64,000 nucleotides of DNA. It comes from Octopus sinensis. Lineage: Eukaryota. The translations under genes and the position numbers were made by a program. The notes beneath the pieces were generated by a model. That model was not told the origin of the DNA. It was given only the letters and a program-made list of their open reading frames with translations, and did no database searches. This document shows positions 1-10,961 of the stretch, piece by piece. Every line of letters begins with the position of its first letter. Position 1 is the first letter of the stretch. Where the stretch lies: contig NC_043019.1 in the NCBI RefSeq assembly GCF_006345805.1, positions 15,251,360 through 15,315,359 of the forward strand. The letters are read 5' to 3'.

Positions 1-78
1 TTTCCTATTTTTTTACTGGTTATTTCTGTTTTTCCAGTTTGGTTTTGTTTCTTCCCCGTTTTAATCTATATTCCACAG

Positions 79-206
79 ACTGTCATGACAGTTTGGAATT
101 ACATGGATTCTTCATTTCACCGTTGCCATGTTCTTGTGGAGGGTTTCGCACATGGACGGAACGTTTAGCTTCTATCGGTCAAAGAAACCATTGTCTAAGT
201 AGATGA
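79..206 (+). CDS. Candidate terminal exon (phase 1: xDCHDSLELHGFFISPLPCSCGGFRTWTERLASIGQRNHCLSR*)
   Basis: A 78-nt pyrimidine-rich run ends in ttccacag, followed by unique sequence open for 42 codons, an AU-rich UTR-like region and AATAAA at ~670. Other frames and the opposite strand are also partly open, and no homologue is recognised. Confidence 0.2.
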
Positions 207-689
207 GCTTAGATATAAGCTGACTTTACATCAATCATAATTTTTTTTAGCAATTTTAGAGTTTACGCTTCATTTTGTTGTTTATTTCACCAGCTTTTTT
301 TTTTTCATTTTTTCCCCAGTTTTTACATTCACTCTTGACAAAAAAGAGATTTCTACAGCAGCTGTTACCATTGTTGTTAAATAATATTCCAGTGGTCAAG
401 TACTAACAGAAGTGGTTAAGCGTCGGACAAAAGGCTTCACAGTACTTAGTCTAATAGCAATTTCATTGTGAGTTTCAATGACGCTAAAGTCAATTTTACT
501 TTCCGTTGTGGCTTCATTTTTGCTTTTCCATTCTAGGCTCCATAAAACAAGTACTAAGTACTAGTCAAGTACTGCATTTCATCTGAACAACAACTACAAC
601 CACCACACAAATTCTGAAGCCTTGGGTTTATTTCAGTGAGTGAGGCTTTACGAGTTTGTCCGGCTTGATAATAAACACTGCATCAGTTT

Positions 690-1020
690 CTTATTTCTTT
701 ATTGCCCACACATAAAAACACCATCCGAGCGTGGCCGTCTGCCAGCCTCGTCTGGCACCTGTGTCGGTGGCACATAAAAAACACCATCCGAGTGTGGCCA
801 TTCGCCAGCCTCGTCTGGCACCTGTGTCGGTGGCACATAAAATCACCCACTACACTCTCGGAGTGGTTGGCGTTAGGAAGGGCATCCAGCTGTAGAAACA
901 CTGCCAGATCTGACTGGCCTGGTGCAGCCTTCGGGCTCCCCAGACCCCAGTTGAACCGTCCATCCCATGGAAAGCATGGAAAGCGGACGTTAAATGATGA
1001 CGATGATGATGATGATGAAG
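690..1020 (+). mobile_element. RTE-tailed non-autonomous retroelement (ends ...GGAAAGCGGACGTTAAATGATGACGATGATG)
   Basis: The internal repeat aaaaacaccatccgagtgtggcc occurs twice, and the element has a (GAT)n tail. Related copies lie at 2500-2786, 12570-13060 (-), 19925-20052 (-), 21725-21830 (-), 52300-52590 (-), 55310-55800 (-) and 60400-60660 (-). Confidence 0.7.
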
Positions 1021-1059
1021 GGGCTAAACATAGAGGGGACAAAGAAGGGCAGACAAAGG

Positions 1060-1195
1060 CTCCGGTTTCAGTCCCACAGTGTGTCACCTTGGGCATGTGT
1101 CTTCTACTATAGCCTCAGGCCGGCCAAAGCCTTCTGAGTGGATTTGGTAGATGGAAACTGAAAGAAGCCATCATGTATATGTGTGTGTGTGTGTC

Positions 1196-1234
<39 letters not shown>

Positions 1235-1431
1235 TTTGTTCACCCCACCATCGCTCGACAACTGATGTTGGTGTGTTTGCGTCCCTGTAACTTAGCAGTT
1301 CGGCAAAAAGAACCTGACAGAATAAGTACCAGGCTTACAAAGAATAAGTCCTGGGGTCAGTTCGCTCAACTAAAAAGCGGTGCTCCAGCATGGCCACAGT
1401 CAAATGACTGAAACACATAAAAGAATAAAAG
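1060..1431 (+). mobile_element. tRNA-headed SINE family 1 (5'-truncated)
   Basis: Contains the shared central block GCCTTGTGAGTGGATTTGGTAGAYGGAAACTGAAAGAAGCC, an internal (TG)n, and the tail GGTGCTCCAGCATGGCCRCAGTCAAATGACTGAAAC with AAAAGA repeats. Confidence 0.8.
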
Positions 1432-2224
1432 AATATATATAACACACACACACACACACACACATAAATATACATATATTTATATACAAATACATATAAA
1501 CATAAGCATATGTATAGACACATACATATACAAAAATATATATAAATATACATACATACATACACATACAGACACATCCATATACGCACATATATATATA
1601 GTACCATAATTAGCATGACAATGTCAACACTGCTTATCTTCCAAATCTCTGTAGTATTATTCTTTGGCACTGAATAATGGCACCCACCCATAGAGTGTCA
1701 GGAGGGGAGAAACACATATTCTTCAGGCTTTCAGTGGAACTGGAGAAGCTGCTGCTAATGTTAAAGAACATCTGATGTCAGTCAAGCATGTGGGAGTGTG
1801 CGTGTGTGTGTGTGTGTGTGGTGTATTAAATACTCACACATACATATATATACATGCACAAAAATATACATAAATACATGCATTCATAAATACAAAGATA
1901 TACACACACACACACATATATATATATATACACACACATATACACATACACATATACATATATATATATACACATACACATGTATACATATATACATACA
2001 CACACATCACACATACACAAAACATATACACATAAATACACAGTATACACACATACATACACATCACACACGCACATATATATATATACATACACAAAAA
2101 TATACATAAATACATGCATTCATACACAGATATACAAACACATATACATACACATCACACATACACAAGCATATACACACATACATACACATATACACAA
2201 GCATATACACACATACATACACAT

Positions 2225-2263
<39 letters not shown>

Positions 2264-2461
2264 CAGTGGTTTTCAGCCAGGGTTCCGCCAGTACAGTCCA
2301 GGGGTTCCGCAAGAAGTTACAAAACTGCTAAAATCGCCAGTAATTTTTAATTCTCCTGTGCAGATATGTGTGCATAAGACTATTAAATTATTGCACAGGG
2401 GTTCCTCGAGCCAGTGGAATGTTTCTTTGGGGTTCCGCTCCAGCAAAAAGTTTGAAAAGCA

Positions 2462-2464
<3 letters not shown>
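2264..2464. mobile_element. hAT-like MITE
   Basis: Termini CAGTGGTTTTCA.../...TGAAAAGCACTG are inverted repeats, with internal GGGGTTCC motifs. It is inserted in (TA)n. Confidence 0.6.
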
Positions 2465-2499
<35 letters not shown>

Positions 2500-2789
2500 C
2501 ACCATCCGTTCGTGTCCGTTGCCAGCATCGCCTGGCCCCGTGCCGGTGACACGTAAAAGCACCATCCGTTTGTGGCCGTTCGCCAGCTCTGTCTGGCACC
2601 TGTGCAGGTGGCACGTAAAAAACACCCACTACACTCGCGGAGTGGTTGGCATTAGGAAGGGCATCCAGCCGTAGAAACACTGCCAGATCTGACTGGGCCT
2701 GACGAAGCCTTCCAGCTTCACAGACCCCAGTTGACCCGTCCAACCCATGCTAGCATGGAAAGCGGACGCTAAACGATGATGATGATATA

Positions 2790-2995
2790 TAACGGGAAGC
2801 TTTATGAAAATAGACAAAAGACGAAGGCAGGTGGAAAACAAACGAACAATTGTATTAGTATGGTGCTCAGGAAATATAAATAAAACAAGTCTTTAACGTT
2901 TCGAGCCTACGCTCTTCAACAGAAAGATACACAGAGAGAAAAAAAACACAGAAAGAAGGAGAGAAAAAAATGCGTGCAGTAACTAACGAATCAAC
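2790..2995 (-). mobile_element. Penelope-like pLTR fragment, family A
   Basis: A near-identical copy at 20055-20240 has the same boundary, and both carry a hammerhead-like motif. Confidence 0.55.
2890..2927 (-). ncRNA. Minimal type-I hammerhead-like motif with variant core (CUGUUGA)
   Basis: Minus strand reads TCTTT CTGTTGA A GAGC gtag GCTC GAAAC GTT AAAGA: stem I TCTTT/AAAGA, stem II GAGC/GCTC, palindromic AACGTT stem III. Confidence 0.55.
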
Positions 2996-3790
2996 ATGGC
3001 GATCTGATTTCGGCCAGAAGTCAAAGATCAACATGAGACGCGAGAGCGAATTAGGGGAGATAATAGGGTTGAATGACCAGCTCCAACATAAGGGGGTGTG
3101 TGTGTATGAGGAGTATTAGTGCGTATCAGAGGTCTGGACGTGTGTATGTATAGGGTGGTGTATGTATTAGTATGTATTAGTATGTATTAGTACGTATTAG
3201 TATGTATAAGGGTGTGTGTGTGTGTGTGTGTATGAGAGAGTATATATATATATATATATATTATATATATTATATATATATATTATATCTCTTTATAAAA
3301 GGCAGATTTTATCTGCCTCCCTTTGGGAGTTATACAAATCTACAATATAGGATTTCTTCAATTACAATTTACCTTGCATTTTAAGAGTACAATGCATCGC
3401 GTCATGCCAGGTCCAGTTTTTAAAATTTAAACTCCAATAAAGCAAAATTTACAGAAAACTCACATTCTGGTGGTGTGTCAAATGTTTCTTAGTCTGGTTT
3501 ACAGCACACGCAAACGCACACACACAGTGGGCAACGAATAAAATGAAAGTAATTGACTTACTGTAGTGAGTGATTCTTTCACTCTGCCTCCCACTTCTCT
3601 TTCCACACATACACACGCAAATATATAAATAAAATTGTAAGCTAACGTGCGTGTGGTGAGTGGGTGTGTGTGGGTGTGCGCGTGTGTGTGTGTGTGAGGG
3701 TGTGTGGTGTGTGTGTGTGTGTGCGTGTGCGTGAGTGTGTGACAGGAAAGTTTTTACAACGAATATAACACCTATATCCAAGTAGCAGAA

Positions 3791-4160
3791 AGATAAGACA
3801 GTAAGGTGTGATTTGAGGGAGATTTGGCTGCTATTTCTACCATGTCTAGCTGCCATGTAGGGGTCTCCCTCATAGGCTCATACATACATATATACATAGA
3901 TAAGACAGTAAGGTGTGATTTGGGGGAAATTTGGCTGCTATTTCTACCAGGTCTAGCTGCCATGTAGGGGTCTCCCTCATAGGCTCATACATATATACAT
4001 AGATAAGACAGTAAGGTGTGATTTGGGGGAAATTTGGCTGCTATTTCTACCAGGTCTAGCTACCATGTAGAGGTCCCCCTCATTGGCTCATATATATATA
4101 CATACATAAGACAGTAAGGTGTGATTTGAGGGAGATTTGGCTGCTGTTTCTACCAGGTCT
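3791..4160. repeat. Tandem repeat, ~105-bp unit, ~3.5 copies (SINE-fragment derived)
   Basis: agataagacagtaaggtgtgatttg...ctaccaggtctagc...ggctcatacat recurs at ~3791, 3898, 4001 and 4105. Confidence 0.85.
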
Positions 4161-4527
4161 GTTAGGCCTTCTCATGTAAACTCAAGCTTTCTCATGCCTT
4201 GAACATAAGACCAAAGCAGAGAATGTATTCTTTTATTCTTCTGCTTTTTCCAGCCATTGGTCTGTGGCCATGCTGGGGCAATGCCTTGAAGAATTGTAGT
4301 TTAATGAATCAACTCCAGTTTTATTTTTGTAAGCATTGTACTTATTCTATCTGTTTCCTTTGTCAAACCACTAGGTGACAGGGATGTAAACAAACCAACA
4401 TTCGTTGTCAAGCAGTGGTGGAGGACAATCACAAGCACAGACACACACACACACACATACATGCATACACATATACACACATACATACATACATACATAT
4501 TATATATATATGTGTGTATATATATAT

Positions 4528-4782
4528 TGCAGCGTGGAAGGTGTTTGTAAGCCATTTAAGAAACACACAAAAACCGTTAATTCACTTCAACATTTAAATT
4601 TAATTTGCCAAATTATTTTCGTCGCTTTCAGACCGCGACCTGTTCACTGACAAAAATATCGTGCTAACAGGTCGCGGTCTCAAAGTGACGAAAATATTTT
4701 GACAAATTAAATTTAAATGTTGAAGTGAATCTAACGTTTTTGTGTGTTTCTTAAATGGCTTATAAACACCTTCAACACTGCA
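4528..4782. repeat. Long inverted repeat, ~117-bp arms, 21-nt loop
   Basis: 4528-4644 is the reverse complement of 4666-4782 with about ten differences. A single arm end recurs at ~27890-27980. Confidence 0.9.
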
Positions 4783-4947
4783 ACTGTTTTCGTTCCAGCA
4801 CACGATCTCAGATCAAGTCACTTGCTATGCAAGTACATCTCTGTAACTATTATAATATTTATATATATATATATATATATGTATATTGGTAAAAACAGTA
4901 AGATAACAAAAGAAAGAAAGAGACCTCAATATTATGTAATAGAGGAA

Positions 4948-5340
4948 TCTTTATATATAAAAGTGAGGTTGTGTGTCTGTCTCCTACGATTTAGATTCCT
5001 AACTACTCCCACATTTTGCGGTGCAGTTTAACAAAACCGGGTATCTTATAGTCGTGATTCATATCGAGACCGTCTGGGTATTAGCGCGGTCTACGATGAG
5101 TCTACGATTTAAAAAAAAATTTACCATCAATTTTTCCCATTTTTAATCCATTTTTGACATATATAAGGGAAGTAACTCTCTAAAATTTATTATTAAATCT
5201 CAGAACGTAAAAAGCTACAGTAACACCCCTCCCCCTTTGTGGTTAGCCATATTGAGATGGCTATTATACTTTACATCTCTAAAAATGCTTATATAATTAT
5301 TTCCCTTACAAACCCGAGCAACGCCGGGCGATACTGCTAG
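4948..5340 (+). mobile_element. Non-autonomous Helitron
   Basis: Starts TC(TTTATATATAAAA) after an A, has the subterminal hairpin CCCGAGCAACGCCGGG, and ends CTAG before a T. Confidence 0.85.
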
Positions 5341-5389
5341 TATATATATATATATACATAAATACATGCATTCATACACACATTCATAA

Positions 5390-5420
<31 letters not shown>

Positions 5421-5864
5421 ATATGTATAAATATACATAAATACATGCATTCATACACACATTCATAAATACAAATATATACACACACACATTTATATAT
5501 ATTTATATACACACATACATACAAATCACATACAGACACACACAGACACACACATGTACTTCTCAGCTGGAATGGCTACATGCTCGGCACGAAAGTCTAT
5601 TCATTGTAATTTGTGATATAAACTTATCCACCAGCATCCACTCCACAACAATCAACCTTCTTAAGTAGCTGCTTGTTCTTCTGATCACATTCATAAAAGA
5701 AACCCTTTTGTTCAAGAACATACCAACATTCGTCTCAGACTTGGATTCACTCTGCAGAGAACCATCACAAACATGACTGACCAAGACATTGGAGAAAAAA
5801 GGAAAATCACAAAAGAAAACAATATAGCAAAAATAAACAGAGTTAAATTATTCCATCACAAAAT

Positions 5865-6810
5865 AATTATACCAAGAAGCAAAACAGGCACCTGTTTAGC
5901 ATACTAAATGTATATGCACAGAAGAAAGGCACGGTGTTGTGGTTATGCCTGAGAGAAAATCTCTCCCTTGATGCAGCCAATCGTTGGGGTGCCACTCTAT
6001 ATCAAGAAGCAAAATAGGCATCTGTATAGCATACTAAATGTATATGCAAAGAAAGGCATGCTGCTGTGGTTATGCCGGAGAGAAAACCTCTTCATTGGTA
6101 GGTATTCATCATTATCATCAAGGTCCCTTAATTGATGCAGCCAATCGTTGGGGTGCCACTCTATACCAAGCAAAATAGGCACCTGTGTAGCATACTAAAT
6201 GTATATGCACAGAAGAAAAGCACGCTGCTGTGGTTATGCCTGAGAGAAAATCTCTTCATAGGTAGGTATTCATCATTATCATCAAGGTCCCTTGATGCAG
6301 CCAATCGTTGCAGTGCCACTCTATACCAAGAAGCAAAATAGGCACCTGTGTAGCATATTAAATGTATATGCACTGAAGAAAGGCATGCTGCTGTGGTTAT
6401 GCCTGAGAAAAAATCCCTTCATAGGTAGGTATTCATCATTATCATCAAGGTGCCTTGATGCAGCCAATCGTTGGAGTGCCACTCTATATCAAGAAGTAAA
6501 ACAGGCACCTGTGTATCATACTAAATGTATATGCACGAGAAAAGCATGCTGCTGTGGTTATGCCTGAGAGAAAATCTCTTCATAGGTAGGTATTCATCAT
6601 TATCATCAAGGTCCCTCGATGCAGCCAATCGTTGGAGTGCCAGTCTATACCAAGAAGCAAAATAGGCACCTGTGTAGCATATTAAATGTATATGCACATG
6701 AGAAAGGCATGCTGCTGTGCCTGAGCGAAAATCTCTTCATAGGTAGGTATTCATCATCATCATCATCATCATTATCACCTCTTAACTGATGCAACCAGCC
6801 ATTGCGGTGC
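5865..6810. repeat. Tandem satellite-like repeat, ~162-bp unit, ~5.6 copies
   Basis: The cttgatgcagccaatcgttg anchor occurs at ~5968, 6131, 6291, 6454, 6615 and 6786. Confidence 0.92.
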
Positions 6811-6849
6811 CGCTCTAGATGCTTTCATAGTCAGCTGTCACCACTGGTT

Positions 6850-7160
6850 TCTGTTCTCTGTCATGTGTAGCAGGTTTGCTGTGTTGTTACATGTCCAGTC
6901 CTCGATGTTGCCAAACCAGGATTTTTTTCCTGTCTACCTTTCCTTTGCCCTCCCTCAACTGTTCCCTGAAGATTCACCTTAGTTTCTGCAGCCATATCGA
7001 AGCTCAACAACATATGGAAAAGAAATTCCATTAGTTTTTTCCAACAAGACCCTGATGACTTCAATCCTTCTGTAAGGGTGTGAGAACTGGACTCTTACAG
7101 CTGATATAGAGTAAAGAATCCAGGCATTAGAGCACGAGTGCCTCAGAAGGCTACCATGCA
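6850..7160 (-). pseudogene. RTE-clade LINE ORF C-terminal fragment
   Basis: Minus-strand translation ...NLQGTVEGGQRKGRQ... resembles the RTE motif ILQGTVEGGRRRGRQ, with frameshifts. Confidence 0.65.
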
Positions 7161-7330
7161 TCCACCACATACAGCAGAAAACAAACAGGGTTGTCAGACA
7201 GCAATACAACCAGATACAGTGGCAGACAGGAACCACTCCTTGCACAGGTAAAAAGATGAAACATAGGTATGAAGAACACAAAACATATCAGAGTGAAACA
7301 AACTTTATCATGGCAGAGGCCTATGGGAGC

Positions 7331-7640
7331 ATTGTTGTTTGTTCCTTCTCGAGCCATGCCTGACTCATCAGGGCCGGTTTCCCGGTTTCCTTGGCGTATA
7401 GGTTCCCCACCTGGATGGGACGCCGGTCTGTCGTAGGTGAGCTGCAAGAGGCAGGAGGAAAGAGTGAGAGAAAGTTGTGGCGAAAGAGTCAGCAGAAGTT
7501 TGCCATTACTTTCTGCCGGAGCCGAGTGGAGCTTAGGTGTTTTCACTCATAAACACACACATCGCCCGATCTGAGATTCGAACCCGCAATCCCTCGACCA
7601 CGAGTCCGCTGCTCTAACTACTAGGCCATATGCCTCCACT
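7331..7640 (-). mobile_element. tRNA-headed SINE family 3 (GTGGAGGCRYATGGCYTAGTGGTTAG head)
   Basis: A-box/B-box-like head and (AAC)n tail. Relatives at 25355-25635 (-), 43590-43795 (-), 49810-50120 (+) and 50314-50560 (+). Confidence 0.75.
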
Positions 7641-7917
7641 ATGGGAGCATTATATTCACTTCAACCTCCTTCATTTCAGACATGCGACAGAATGAGAACA
7701 CATTACTGACAGAATGTAGAATAGTCCTTCATACACCTAAAACATATGGATTGGTCGTGGTATACCTTTGACTGGTATACCTTTGATTGTAGGTCTGTGT
7801 GATCAACAGAGCGAAACAACAACAACAACAACATAAATATACTTTGCTTTTACATTTTTAATTTCTTTTTTTTTTTATCCTTTTTGTATCTCTGCAAACT
7901 AATGTCTGCAACCACAG

Positions 7918-7981
7918 ATCACTGCCGCCAACGCCGCCACGGCCATCCTCCTTGAGATCTTCTGAATTTCAGCCAGAATAA
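7918..7981 (+). CDS. Candidate terminal exon, proline-rich (phase 2: xSLPPTPPRPSSLRSSEFQPE*)
   Basis: Long T/C tract, CTAAT branch-like motif and accacag acceptor, followed by a GC-rich unique island. The phase is unknown; phase 0 gives ITAANAATAILLEIF*. Confidence 0.35.
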
Positions 7982-8497
7982 TTGAATTCTCTAACGAATA
8001 CACAATTTCCTAAGGAGACAATTTCCTAAGGAGTGTCAAAGGAAACAGCTAAGGATAAGAGACGTTCTAAATTTAGAAGAATAGGGGGTCACTTCTGTCG
8101 AGATTCAACCGGCCAAAAGCAGCTTAAGAACAGGATGGGGAATTTCACTGAAGACTGTCAACACTTCTCCTCCCCCCGCCCCGCACCCTCACCAATTTTT
8201 ATGTAAACTCCCACACAAACTGTAACATATCTTTGTGATGTCTTTACTCATCTGACACCATGGTGACAACTAAAAAATTATTATTAGTAGTAGAAGTGGT
8301 GGTGGTGGTGGCGGTGGTGGTGGTGGTAGTACGTTCTGAGTTCAAATCCCGCCAAGGTCAGCTTTGCATTTCATCCCTTCAGGGTGTGACAAAATAAAGC
8401 CCTAGTCAAATGATGGTGTCAATGTAATCACCTATCTCCCCAACTCCCCACAAAATTTCACACCTTGTACTTTTCATAGAATGGATTATTATTATAA

Positions 8498-8538
<41 letters not shown>

Positions 8539-8747
8539 GAGGTGGCAAGCTGGCAGAATTGGTAGCACACCAGGCGAAATGCTTAGCGGCATTTTTTCTG
8601 CCACTACGTTCTGAGTTCAAATTCTGTCGACTTTGCTATTCATCTTTTCGGGGTTGATAAATTAAGTACCAGTGAAATACTGGGGTCAATGTAATCAACT
8701 AGCCCCCAGCCCCAAAATTTCAGGCCTTGTGCCTTTAGTAAAAAGGA
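8539..8747 (+). mobile_element. tRNA-headed SINE family 2 (MetaSINE-like core)
   Basis: Head GGYGGCRAGCTGGCAGAA and core TTTCATCYTTTCGGGGTYGATAAATTAAGTACCAG. Copies at 22569-22790, 22807-23018, 35810-35960 (-), 48180-48390 (-), 59880-60080 (-) and 62203-62450 (-). The family name is from memory. Confidence 0.7.
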
Positions 8748-9024
8748 TCATTATGATGATGATGATGATGATGAACAACCTTAATTGAATTTCAAATCTT
8801 AGATTTTCATCAGAGACATCTACATCAGTTTCACCAATTCCAGAGAAACGGGCAGCCAGTCAATTTATATACTCAACAGTTACGGTAGCTCCGAGTCCAA
8901 ACGCCGTCATGGTTGACTCTACTTGTTATCCTTTTGAGGTCAATGAAATAAGCACCAGTTTTGCTCCAGGGTCAATTTTCACACAAAATTTCAGGCCTTG
9001 TGCCTATAATGGAAAGAATTGTTA

Positions 9025-9422
9025 TCTATATCTATATATATATAAAGCTGAAGTTGTCTGTGTATGGCAGGTTTGGTAGCCTTCAACTAACACTATCTCC
9101 TCTGAGACCCTGCTGAGCAAGTTGACCAAAATTGAGAGTATGATAGAAGAAGGCTTGCTCTTCTGTCCGTAGAAGAAAAAATTCAAATCGGACCATGTTA
9201 ACACCAAAAATTATTTACATCAAAAGGTGCTTCTTTTTCAACGAAAATCCCTATTTTTTACGATTTTTTTACTGCTGTGTCGCCATTTTTCGGTATATTT
9301 CAACCAGAAAAATGTTCACTTAAAGAGAATAACAAGCTACATAATGCGAAATTTTTACTTTTCAAAAATTCCAATTCTAAAGGGTCGAAACAAACCCGAG
9401 CAACGCCGGGCGATACTGCTAG
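9025..9422 (+). mobile_element. Non-autonomous Helitron (second family)
   Basis: A|TCTATATCTATATATATAAAG start; its 3' end ACAAACCCGAGCAACGCCGGGCGATACTGCTAG|T is identical to that of 4948-5340. Confidence 0.85.
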
Positions 9423-10961
9423 TAAACTAGATAAACTCGACTTAGAGAGATAAGGGGGGGAGGACAAAGATTACATCACTGTACTCCCTTAACCATTAAC
9501 GTCTGATACGAAACAAATGGTCAACAGCAAATCTTAACATAGAATTCCAAAGTGAAACCACTTGAGACCAAAAACTCGGCTTCAACATTTCTCAGAAATA
9601 CAAACCAGCTTCCTTCAACGAACCAGATTTTAATTATCAATTCATTAAGATTAGCTGAGACAGTTGACACATATCGCCTGTGGTCCTGCCTTTGTTTTCT
9701 GACGCAGACAAAAAAGACAAAATAAACTTGTTTGGACTGTTTTTTTTTTAGCTTTATTTTCAATTTATTTTATATTTTATTTTGCTTGTTTGGTCCTCTC
9801 TTACTTCCTTGACTTAGAAAAAGAAACAAACGGTACACTGGAATTTGGCTATCTTTTGTTACCATCAGCCCATGCGCTGAGCTGTGGCATTTATTCAGAC
9901 AGTTCCACACACATATATTAGGTTATCAGATAAATTTTTCTCTTTTGTCTATTACATATTCCAGTCACTAGAGTCTGGCCATGCTGGAGCACCACCTTCA
10001 AGAATTTTAATCCAAGTTATCGACCCCAGTACCGCTTTTTTTTTCTTTTTTAACCAGGTATTTATTCTGATGAACTTTTTTTTGCCAAACTGCTAAGTTA
10101 TGGGGACATAAACAAACCAACACCACCAGCTGTCAAACGGTAGTGGGGACAAACACAGAAACAAAGACCCACACACAAATACATGATGAACTTCTTGCAG
10201 TTTCCAGCTACCAAATCCACTCACAAGGCAATAGCAAAAATCACTTGCCCACAGTGCCACACACACACACACTGCAATTGAACCCAGAACCATGTGGTTG
10301 GGAAGCAAACTTCTTACCACACACCTACAACACCACCTGTTTATCCCCCCCCCCCCACACACACACACCCCATTTATTTTAATCCTTCCCAATGTTATGT
10401 GAATTAACACAAAAATTATTTTAATCGCAATGTTCTATGTTTAACGATTTTGAAATTTCAATAAATTTTATCTCTTTTCAGACACAGGAGCAGGCGGGGC
10501 TGTGTGGTAAGAAGCTTGATTCCCAACCACATGGTTCCGGGTTCAGTCCCACTGCATGGTACCTTGTGCAAGTGTCTTCTACTAACTACAGCTTTGTGAG
10601 TGGACTTAGTAGACAAAAACTTGAGAGAAGCCCATGTGTGTGTGTGTGTGCATGAAAAATGCACAAATGAAAAATGAACACAGAGTGGCGAGTTAAAAAA
10701 AAGTATTTAAAAAAAAATGTTTAAACACAGACGAATGGAAAAACATAAGCGCACAAACAGAAGGAAAACAGACACAGGAGGCCCCTAAATTCCTCATCAG
10801 TTATCAACCAGATGGTATTACACAGTTTCGTGTCATTAATGAGATATAGATACAAGGGTTTTAACTCTTATTTCTTGCAGTATAGGTACTATTCAGCACC
10901 TTCAGCCACAATTAGTGATGATTAAATTTTTCATGTATATATATATATATATATATATACA

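Noticed and set aside
7345-7375. CTGATGA GTCAGGCATGGCTC in a SINE tail
   Set aside because: This is the 3' stem-loop of the SINE/LINE tail and has no GAAA core in register.
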